This document shows positions 53,301-64,000 of a stretch of 64,000 nt of DNA, piece by piece. A program made the translations under genes and the position numbers. Under the pieces are notes generated by a model. The model did no database searches, had not been told where the DNA came from, and saw only the letters and a program-made list of their open reading frames with translations. The DNA comes from Octopus bimaculoides (taxonomy: Eukaryota): positions 2,300,746 through 2,364,745 of the forward strand of contig NC_068999.1 in the NCBI RefSeq assembly GCF_001194135.2, in the 5' to 3' direction. Each line of letters opens with the position of its first letter. The first letter of the stretch is position 1.

Positions 53301-54343
53301 ATATATAACAACTTCATTAACAATAAAGGAAAGAATGAGGTTTTAAAGTTTGTGGCAAAAAACTTTTTCCCAAAGGATATACAGCCCTAATATATAAAAG
53401 TCCTTAGAGTGAGAATGGAGATAGAAATTGGCCATATGAAAGGCCGACAGTTGAGAAAACCAATATTTGATAGAATGCTTGCAGCTTTAGCTGCAAAACC
53501 TTCCAATAATGTTCGTATTAGAACACTCAGACAATTATGAGAATAAATTAGAAAAATCCCCCAAATTTCTGTTTGGCTGGGTGTGTATAGACAAAGTGAA
53601 GAGGAAACAAGTCACATGTTATTGTAAATGACTTCACAAACTTCTTTTATATCTTTTCATAAACAGACTGATAATGTTTCTAGAGATGATGTTTCACAAG
53701 GACAGACCAATGCACAATACAACACAGAACAGAAATTAAGATATTTAATTATGGGAGAAGTAATGGTTGTAATTAGGATTGAAATAATCCAACATAATTA
53801 TAATTGTGAAGATATTAGGTTTTATGTAGTAAAGCTTGTTTGCCAACATAACATGGCAGTCCTGGTTTAGAACAAATGTTACTGTAATTTTGCCCCAGGA
53901 GACATCGTCTCCAGTTGGCTATAGGATACGATGTCTCCTGGAGCAAAATTACGGCAATGTTCGTCCTAAACCAGGACTGCCATGTTATGTTGGCAAACAA
54001 TCTTTACTCCAAAATACTGTTGCGGAATATCTGTTGTTGTGAGATTTAAAAATAGTAATTTTCTAAGTTAGGTTTTATATTTTGCAATTTTGAACAAATC
54101 TTTTTAATCTTTTCAATTTTAAAATGAACTTCAGGCAAAATTCTCAAATCAATCAAGTTTCCTGTCAGTCAAATCACTTCCTGTTGTTTTGGAGGCCCAA
54201 ACTATGACGAACTTTATGTGACATCGAGTGTTGATGAGTTAACAGAAAAACAGTTGCAAAATGAAGAGAAACTTGCTGGAAGTGTGTTCAAGGTTACCGA
54301 GTTAGGGGCTAAAGGTAAAGCAGCTCCCATCTTTCAGGGATAG
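50318..54343 (+). CDS. RGN: Regucalcin-like paralog 6, coding exons 2-5 (50318-50500, 52139-52351, 52948-53091, 54135-54343); exon 1 not visible, probably in gap 48858-49157
   Basis: Four intact phase-1 exons of the same sizes as in the other copies (183/213/144/209). Motifs: [52 protein letters not shown]. Confidence 0.88.
53836..54000. repeat. 165-bp inverted repeat (73-bp arms, 19-nt loop) in paralog 6 last intron
   Basis: ttgtttgccaacataacatggcagtcctggttt...gagacatcgt / acgatgtctc...aaaccaggactgccatgttatgttggcaaacaa. Confidence 0.92.
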
Positions 54344-55748
54344 TCTACAACATTGTCAAGATATATGGTGATTTAAAGATTACAGGTATCATAATTATGT
54401 TATGTGAGACAAAGAAATAAAACAAAAGTAAATTTGAGAGACTATCTTCTTTGTTTTCTTACTTCTAAGTTATGATTGAGGAGTTAAACTACATGGTTTA
54501 CAAAGCAGACTTAAGTGCAGTCCCACAGTGTGGCACCTTATGCATGTGCTCTTTTATAACCCTAGGTTAACCAATACTACAAGAAAATAGGCAGAAGCCT
54601 GTCATGTATCTAAATATAACACGTATACCATCTAAAAAACTGGTATTGTCATGTGTAGCCCATAATTTAGAAGTTTGACAAATAAACAATAAACTACAAT
54701 AGACTGAAACAGTTATGGCAAGTAAAGAACTCCTTAAAATCATGTCCTGATCCAATGAGAGGGACTATATGGTAACTAGACTTGCTGCTGGAAATAGCAA
54801 CCATATCTGCCATAAATAGGTAAGAAATTAGATAATGTAGTCCTAGATTAACTGTCTGGAAATAATAGATAAGATGGTCCCCAAAATATTCCGAGACCAT
54901 CAATATTAAACTAATTTTTGAAACAAAGCGAAGAGTTGGGGTGAGGTGTGGGGGGGGGCTTGCCCTGCCTTTGACCTGGTATTGCAGTACATCCAGTATT
55001 TAGCCCATCTCCTACCTGGGGGATATTAGCAATGGTGGTGCCCCAGCGCACCTCAGTGAGATGGCCACAGCTCTGAGCTGGATCTACAAAANNNNNNNNN
55101 NNNNNNNNNNNNNNNNNNNNNNNNNNNNNNNNNNNNNNNNNNNNNNNNNNNNNNNNNNNNNNNNNNNNNNNNNNNNNNNNNNNNNNNNNNNNNNNNNNNN
55201 NNNNNNNNNNNNNNNNNNNNNNNNNNNNNNNNNNNNNNNNNNNNNNNNNNNNNNNNNNNNNNNNNNNNNNNNNNNNNNNNNNNNNNNNNNNNNNNNNNNN
55301 NNNNNNNNNNNNNNNNNNNNNNNNNNNNNNNNNNNNNNNNNNNNNNNNNNNNNNNNNNNNNNNNNNNNNNNNNNNNNNNNNNNNNNNNNNNNNNNNNNNN
55401 NNNNNNNNNNNNNNNNNNNNNNNNNNNNNNNNNNNNNNNNNNNNNNAACCCCTTGCTTTTTTCTTGAAAAATATCCCCAAAACCTCCCCACCCCATCCCG
55501 TTATTTCTAACCAACCCAGAATGTAAGGAAAAATAAGGGCAACACAGAGAGAGATGAATGCTTTACAAACAGAGACCCACAAACACATACAAAAGACAAC
55601 TGGTCAGGCACTAATTAATTTCCCACCAGAATATGAGGACTAATTTCTTTATTAGTTCTTTGTTTTTTTGCTTTGCTTCCTTTGTGTTTTTCTTTGGTAT
55701 GTTGGTTTTGCAGTGCATGGCGGTGGCGGTGGAGGTGGTGTCTGCAAC

Positions 55749-58700
55749 TCAACTCTTTTTAGAGCTTGGCTTCAGTTCGTCAAAGCAAGATCTTAAAAAT
55801 ATGTGTGGCTTCATTCTCTGTGGGTCAAAACTTTCATGGCCCTGAAGAGAAAAGAAAGAGAGGGAGAAATATAGAGCAAGGAAACAGAACTGAGGGTATG
55901 GGATGGGTGTGAGAGGGACAAAGGAACAGGGAGAGAGAGAGTAGGAGTGGCAGGGAGGGCGACAGAAGGGCAGGAGGAGAAAGAGACAGCAAGAGCGGGA
56001 AAGAAAAGAGAAACGAGTGGTGTAAGAATACAGAATACGAACCTTTGACCAATCATAGCTGGAAGCATAAGCAAATATGTTTCCTTGAGCATTGAAGGAA
56101 CAAGTAGTCAGGGGTTGATCAAACTGTTCGGAATTTTTTAACTTGGTCCGTGCATCTTTATCCCAGAAACTGAACCTTCCATCAGAACCAACAGTGGCTA
56201 AAGTACCGTGGACTGGATGGAAAGCAATGCCATTCACCTGCAAATCACAAATACGCATTTATATAGGTGTGTGTATTTTTGCATTCTCTCACAGAATATA
56301 CTGGAAACGAATGACACCACTTATATGACAGTGACATCAATTTCAAACTATTACACAATGAAACACAAGAAGACACAGGCATACACACGCTCATATATTT
56401 CTTAACCCTTTATCATCTAAACTGACCCTATCTGGCCCAAATATGCCTATTTTATATTCAAACCAGCCAGATCCAGCCTATCACACCTACCCATCAATAT
56501 CATTCTAAAAATATACAATTACATCATTAAAATTTCGAAGCTACAAGATAAACACATGATTAATTAAAAACAATGTGAATAAATAAACATTACATTTGAC
56601 AGAAGAAGCTGAATGCTAAAAGATTAAACACACACCACTGCTGTGTGTTTGTGTGCAAATGTAAATTAATTTTGAATCACACCCTTAATCTTAAAAAAAG
56701 AAAGGATGCATTGAATAAGGAAGTCCTAGAAACATTGAGTTTCAGAAAAGAAAATACATGAGGATGGGACAGCTTCAATCATAGATTTGTAGGTTTACGG
56801 TTAAATGACAATAACAGCAACAACAGGATTATAGGAATCTACTCACAGCATAAATATCCTGCATGCCATTTGTGCTTCCATTCAGTCGATGACATTTAAA
56901 TGTGAAGTTGTCCTTTGGATTGGTCGACTGTACATAGTGGATAGCCACCCTGCCCTCAATGCTGCCAAGGGCAAAGCCCGTTGGTTGGTTACTTTTCTTG
57001 TCCATGAATACACTCACACATCGGTGCTAGAAATAGACATAATGGATTGATATGAGAAAGAGATGTAGATAAGATTATATAGGGACAAACAGACAGACAA
57101 ACATGTCCCACGGGTAGACATTCTTTTCATGAAAGAGTGGAAATGAACAAGATTTGCTTGCTTGAAAGTCACATCAACCACAAACATTACATGATGTCAA
57201 GTCAAGGTTACACACTAATGTAACTGACAAAATATCCAATTAATACTTGTAAACAACAAAAATACTCAAAAACTCTGTAGTTAAAAACAAAAAAAAACAT
57301 TCATCTACCTGGAATTTTAATGGAGAATCTATTTTCCTAAACTCTTGTGGTTGGTTTTCCAGTTGGTATATTATCAAACCTCTTCCAGCTGTTCCTACGA
57401 CAGCCATTGGATATTTCTGCAAGGAAGAAACAAACAAATTTTAGTTTATTATTATTAATTGGAGAACAGCTGTCAGAACCAACACACCAAAAACAAAAAT
57501 AACAGAAAATTTGAATTTTATCACAGTATGAGAGACGATTCCTTTTTCATTGTCTTGTTTAATCACTAAAATATTGTAGGTCAATTCCTCCTAAAGACTA
57601 TCTTACTACCTGAAACAGTTGGTCATCAAGACAGACACATGAGTGCTCCAAATATTTGGCTTCCTTGGAACAGGTCATATTTTCCCAAAGATTCTGTCTC
57701 GGGCTTTTCAGGCTCGAAGAACATGAAGAACAAAAACACATGCAACAAAATAATAATCCTTTCTATTCTAGGCACAAGGCCTGAAATTTGTGGGGAGGGG
57801 GTCCAGTCAATTAGATCGAATCCAGTATGCAACTGGTACTTAATTTATCAAGTCTGAAAGGAGGAAAGGTAAAGTCGACTTCGGCAGAATTTGAAATCGG
57901 AACGTAGCGGCAGACGAAATACTGCTAAGCATTTTGCCTGGCATGCTAACGACTGACAGTTTGCTGCCTTATGCAATGAAACAATTATAATCCTTTTATG
58001 ATACTTACAACATCAGCACAGTAACATCTTTCAGGCAAGTTAATCACGAGCATAGGGGTTGGACTTCGGGTGTCCCAAAACTGCAAACAGAAATACAACA
58101 TCACAATATCAGAATTTACTTGTCAAATATTCATACTGCATCAAATGGTCATACCTCAGCTAATATTGATACCTTAGATTGGCTCAGGGTTACAAATTTC
58201 TAAGAAAGAGAGAGAGACAGGTTCAAATGACACAAACATAACATCTCCTTTTTAATGTAACCTGGACAGTGAAAGTGCCCAACGAGCAACTTTGTGGCCA
58301 CCATTCTTAGAGCTGACTACAGCAAGACAGCAGATTGTTTGCCAGGAAGTGTGTGAGATACCAAGAGTTGCCATCCAACCATGTCATTAACTGGGAAACA
58401 TTATTATCTGGAAGGGTGGACACAAGCATTTTTCAAACATTATGCTCAATAATCAGAAGGACAGTTGAGCTCCAACTGTTGATGAATTCAGGACAATTAC
58501 AAAGGATTGAGACGTGTGGTATGTCTGTCATCGTGTTTGTTCTATGCAAGTTGTAGCCAATGAATGGCAGCGGTGTCCTGTGTTTGTTGGATTACCTTTA
58601 AAGTCTTATCCCAGCTTCCTGTCATCACACAAGAGTAAGATGGGGCCTTGATCCAGTGGACTGTTTTAATAGGTGCATCATGCTGAAAACAAAGAAAAAA

Positions 58701-60053
58701 AAAAACATCAGTTTAATATTAAGTGTTTAAGTGCAAAATTAGTGAATTTGTTTGGAAATTATAATGATCTTACAAGTGGATCTCATGAATTAGAAGAGAA
58801 TATGAAGCCTAGGTTTTGTCAGGAGGGAAAAAGAGGAGTTATGAATCAATTGAAGTGACCTCAATACATGACTGGTATTTAAATGCCTGTGAGTATAAAT
58901 GAAACTAAATACTGTCAGGTGATAATCAGCTCTAACAATGTGATCAATAGATATCTATATTAAGATCAAACCAACTTCACTCTATATCTTATGCCAAATA
59001 CCACCACCAAATGTTACATACCTGAGCTATTTGAACAGTCTGATTGCTTGCTAAATCCCACATTTTTGCAGTCTTGTCACACGATGCTGTAAACACTTTC
59101 GTTCCATCCTGCATTAAAAAGAAAAAAACAAATTTGCAAAATTTTATCAAAACAGAAAAAGGTCTCCAATATCATCATCATCATCATCGTTTAACGTCCA
59201 CTTTCCATGCTAGCATGGGTTGGACGATTTGACTGAGGACTGGTGAAACCAGATGGCAACACCAGGCTCCAGTCTGATTTGGCAGAGTTTCTACAGCTGG
59301 ATGCCCTTCCTAACGCCAACCAATATATATATAACAGCTAATTCCCTATTACATAATCAGGTCAATCTAATTAACCTCATATTTTAGGTTAAAAAAAAAA
59401 TGTTCTAGAAAGAAGACAAGGCTGACTGCTTCAAAAATATATTTAAACTTTTCTTTGTCAATTCAGATTTAGACAAAATTAAATCCCCACCCCACCCCAC
59501 AGAATTTTTATCCTCTTAATACCAAGCTGCTTGAGAGTGGCTTCCCACAGACTGATTTTAGTAAAACAAAACCTCCAATTTTAACATTTAAACTTAGAAT
59601 CCAGAAAACAGAGTGGAGGATAGCTCTTAACCCTAGACATACGTACAAAACCAGAAAGAATACTCACATCGCTCCAGTCGGCATCAAGTACAGCACCTGT
59701 ATGTGTCTGTTGAGCCTTTGGAATGGTTTGGCCATTTGGTTGTACTTCCCAGCACCGAACCTATAAAAATTGGCAATTTAGAATTTGTACATATTGTGTT
59801 TGTGTGTATAAAGTTTTGCTTTAGCATAGCAAGACTAAAACCTGGTGTAGAACTCAATATATGTATGTTTCAGAACAAAGATTTATTCAAATACAGAACA
59901 GTAACAAGAAAGTAAGATGACAAAGGAATAAACAAGTGTCTTATGTACTGCATTAGCTTACAGCTGTTTCTGCTGTAAGATGCAGTAGACTTAATAGTGG
60001 AGTGCCTGAGTAACACTTTTGGAACCACAAATATGAAGAGCAATTTTTCTATT

Positions 60054-60109
<56 letters not shown>

Positions 60110-60519
60110 ACATACACACTCTCTTCTATGTACCAAATTTCATTCATTTAACAATCGGTCAAGTCTATAGTATAACACACTTGTCCACGATGCTACAAAG
60201 CTGGAATCGAACTTGAAAGCACATGATTAGGAAACATATTTCTTTATCATACAGTCATACGTGCAACCTTAAGAAAACAGAAAGCGGTGACAACCAACAA
60301 TCAAAAACTAGATCAGACAGAGACACACAAACTCAACTTGCAATTCACTTGTTTTCCATTCTGTTCTACAAATCTCAGAATTAGAATTCAAAACTCTTTC
60401 ACTCACATTGTTGTCCCAGCTACCAGCGATGAGGTAGGTGGAGGGTAAAGTGCTTGGACTGAATTTCACCACAGTAACACTATCATCTGGAGGTGAAGTC
60501 ACCTAAAGACAATGAACAG

Positions 60520-60554
<35 letters not shown>

Positions 60555-61879
60555 GCATATAATAACAAAGGAACAAATTTTTAAAATGCAGAGAAAAATC
60601 CAAGGAAACTAAGACGTGGTCTGCTTTGATGGAGTAGATTTATTATCAATGACGATTGCATCATGACCGTCCTGGCTTGTTATTTATCCATGGCTAAGCC
60701 CTGATTAAACAGATTTATTACCAAAGATATTTCTATCCTTTTAAGGTATAGTGTATCTAGAACCACATCACTCAAAGTGACCTAGATTTGACTATAATTC
60801 CCAGATTGCTGATTAACCATGTAGATGCACCCCTGATCAGTAGATCAGATATGTGAGTCATGCCTTACCTTTAGACATCAATGTCCGAAATAGACAATCA
60901 CAATCAAAGCCGATTATGACAAGGGAGGGAATTCTGTAAACACACTCCCCTCCCCCCGCCAAATAAGCTTTTTTTTGTACATCATTATTTTTGTCCTTTT
61001 TACATATTGGCATGGGTTGGATGAGACACTTTTTGAAGCAGTGTTATGACAGACACACACCCTTCCTCGTGTCAACCCCTTCAGCCCCTTGGTAAAATAA
61101 CTGTCGTTATTAAGTCAGTGTTTGGAACAAATTAACATGAAATTTTGATGGAAGGTTGTAATTTAGATCAGTTTAAAACTGGTGATTTGTGTCATTGAAC
61201 AAAGGGGGCTTTTACATGGTCATTTAATCTTCTATAAATGGCCACCTAAGCCCCTTCAAATAAATCACCAGCTTAGAAAAGAGAAGGAAAAACTGACTAA
61301 TGTAAGCCTAGATACTCCAAGAACAAAACAGGATGGTCACAGTTGAAATAGGTGGGTATCAAAAGTCTATTTGATCAAGATTAACCTAGGGTTAAACAAT
61401 AACTGGTTGACAATTTTTCTACCATCCTAACCATCAAAGAAATGGAAGACAATTTTGTAACAGCAGATTTACCAACAAGCATAAAAAAAAGACAGTTATA
61501 TGAACTTTTAACTCTGACGTCAATAGTTTGTATGTCACAACTTGGTCGTCTCGTTTGTTCATTTTGTTTCTCTATACTACCATAAGTTAGATGAGTATAT
61601 TATTGAGATATTGGCTTATAGACGGATATCCTCACTTATCTGTTATTCCATATGCCTTGACAAGCATAAAGCTAGTGGATAATCTGTTGTCAAGTGACAA
61701 CAATGTCACTGGTTCTAGTTCACCAATATTTGACACTGCATCATTGTAAACAAACACACACACACATAGGTGCAACCTACCTCAATATCCTTCATTGGAT
61801 TATAGTTGGCTGTATTTGTTCCCATAAACATGTTGCTTCCATCACCTGTGAAACCGGAAGGAGCTCCAAATATGTTCAT
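55749..61879 (-). CDS. RAE1: mRNA export factor Rae1/Gle2 (WD40), 369 aa; exons 61879-61781, 60502-60407, 59760-59668, 59108-59022, 58682-58596, 58080-58009, 57416-57309, 57026-56847, 56237-56043, 55841-55749
   Basis: Ten GT-AG exons sum to 1110 nt, open: MNIFGAPSG...[16 protein letters not shown]...[62 protein letters not shown]...[24 protein letters not shown]...[11 protein letters not shown]...[28 protein letters not shown]...SYDWSK/GHE. An acceptor at 61892 implies an upstream non-coding exon. Confidence 0.97.
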
Positions 61880-64000
61880 TATTTAGAACAACTACAAAGA
61901 AAGAAATAACAAAGAAATATATAATAACAACTGAGAAAGTAAGAACAAAAGCGTTTGCTGATGAATTCTAAAAGAATTAAAAGGAGTTTGACTTTTGGAA
62001 TACTTCTTTAGCCGTTTAGCATTCAGAAAACTTAGTCAAATGTTATGCTTATTTTATTGACATTGTGTTGAAGTAATCATGCTTTGTCTTTTAGCTTCAT
62101 GATTTCAATGATGATATTGTTTCTTTTTAGAATGACATTGCAGGATAGGCGTGAGGTCAGATCTGTTCAGTTTGAATAGATGTAAAATAAGTAGAATATT
62201 TTGGCCGACTATGGCCAGTTTAAATGCTAAAGGGTCAAGTTCTAGCCTCAAAGTTCACAACTTCACTGGCCAGTTGTTTGAGTGTTGGACAAAATGCCTT
62301 GTGGAAATTAGCCCCGGCTATTTTCCAGGCACAAGTCCTGCCTCGGTCAACACTGTCTTTAATCTTTTGAGGATCAATAAAAAAAGATACCAACCAAATA
62401 TTAAGACTGATACAATTGAGTCTCCTCCTCCACCAGATTTCTGGTTAGGTGTCTATATTACAAATCCTCACATCTAATTGTATAAAGTCTTTCGCTCCTG
62501 TTTCTATTTTACAAACTTGATCTGCCCCACAGGTTTTGTTAACCCTTGAATCTCAACATTTCATATTCTTGGATGTCTGACTGAAATTTTAACATAATTG
62601 CCCTCAGAAGCTAAGTAAAAGAATTATTATTACTGTAATTAAACAATGACACAGAAAAAAAAAAATTCAAAATGTAACAGTTATTACAAAAACTTTAGAT
62701 ACAAAAATTAAGTTCGGTTCAATAAAAACAAGAAGATAATAAAGAATTCTTCTCAAGTAGAGAAAGAAGGGAGGAAGATAACAAAAGCAACAGCTCACAA
62801 CTTTACACATCCCAGCACATACTGTGAAATACAGATGGGGTGGTCATGGCTAGAATGTCTTTGATCATATGGCTGCTCAGTTAACATTGAGTCTTTGTTC
62901 TTATCCATAACAAAATCGCAGACTACAGCATACACGTGATCACAAAAACACTAATTTCACAAAGTAAACAAAGTAATATCACTCGGCACACTGCCTCATG
63001 AAGGTCGCTGCTAGCTTTCACTGTGTGTGCAACCATGTGCTGCCATCTGTTGGCGCGTTACACAATTAGTCTGGTAACTTTTTGATACTACCTCATACTA
63101 ACAAGTTCGAAAATGAAGGACACATTGGATAATACTTAAAAAACAAAGTGGATCTGCTTAATTAGAGCTGAACAACACGTAGTTTATCTCAGTAAAAAGG
63201 ACTCAAAGATAACAGCCATAACTAAATAATGCAAAAATCTTTTTTCTTTTTCTTGGGTCATTCTGTTGACCAAATAATACCAATTCTCCATAATGACATC
63301 ATATCGTAAATCTATAAGAGAAAAGTCTGGTCATCTGAAATGACTCCAGAACAGTATTTATCTTATCTCATCCTCGATGGGGATGAAATACAAACTGAAA
63401 ACTCAGAATCTAAAATGTCTTTGTGCCAGAAGCAATGGACCACTAATGTTACATATCAGACAGTGTTTAATATTATTGCCCATAAGAATTCAAATCCTGC
63501 ATTCCAATTACGTTTCAGTAAACACACTGATTCTAATCAACAATATTTACTCTCTTGCCAAACCTGGCCATGCGACATGGTGAAAGCGAAATTACAATCT
63601 TATAATTAACTAGCAGAAACACTCGGCATTGCCCGGGTTAAAGAGAATAATGAAATCTAAAAACGCCGTCTAGACTACGCAACCCTCAACTGTTAGTAGC
63701 TACGATACCATATTTCTACATTAATAACTCTCCAATCCATGCCAGCATGGAACATAGATATTAAGTGGAATGCTAGAAGAAAGTTTTCAACTCATATGTA
63801 TATAAAGTAAATACACGTAATTCAGAAACACGTTTTTGTGTATCTTATTTCGTAACCAAACAAAGAGGTACAGATTATAAATAATGAAAGGCCAATTTTG
63901 GCGATTCATTTGACAGAGGTAGTAGAGAGACAATGCGATGATAAATCTGAGGTTGGATCTTGATAGTTTGGATGAATGCTGCCTCAGTTAAATCTCTTGT

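Noticed and set aside
6373-54343. Calling the cluster luciferin-regenerating enzymes or squid-type DFPase
   Set aside because: The motifs ([38 protein letters not shown]) fit regucalcin/SMP-30 proper. Sequence alone gives no support for bioluminescence or DFPase orthology.
50318-54343. Paralog 6 as a pseudogene
   Set aside because: The four visible exons are open with canonical splice sites, and a gap sits where exon 1 is expected.
54343-55749. Antisense overlap of paralog 6 and RAE1 3' UTRs
   Set aside because: The stops are 1.4 kb apart and paralog 6 has an AATAAA near 54415; no evidence of overlap, and part of the interval is a gap.
63340-63700. 89-aa ORF or Helitron-like terminus
   Set aside because: No recognisable protein motif; it is probably a decayed repeat, but I cannot assign it.

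Overview
AT-rich, repeat-dense eukaryotic (intron-containing) DNA with scaffold gaps. The SINE/LINE/microsatellite content points to a cephalopod, probably Octopus (inference). The core is a tandem cluster of six regucalcin/SMP-30/gluconolactonase-like paralogs between ~6.4 and ~54.3 kb, arranged + + + - - +. All share a 5-coding-exon, all-phase-1 structure. Five are complete and open (301-303 aa); the sixth has four intact exons and its first coding exon probably lies in an N-gap. The cluster sits between the last two exons of RCL1 (+, left edge) and a complete 10-exon RAE1 CDS (-, right). The paralogs keep the metal-binding residues (GE[G/A]P Glu, ND Asn, SNG Asn, PDG Asp) but differ strongly at the substrate-contact Arg position and the lid loop after GTM. 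They also show patchwork near-identity between inverted copies, consistent with gene conversion. Introns and spacers hold SINEs, RTE/L1/CRE-type LINE fragments, mariner/Tc1/Tigger/hAT remnants, fold-back elements and minisatellites. All alignments and counts were done by eye; family assignments come from remembered motifs, not database searches.
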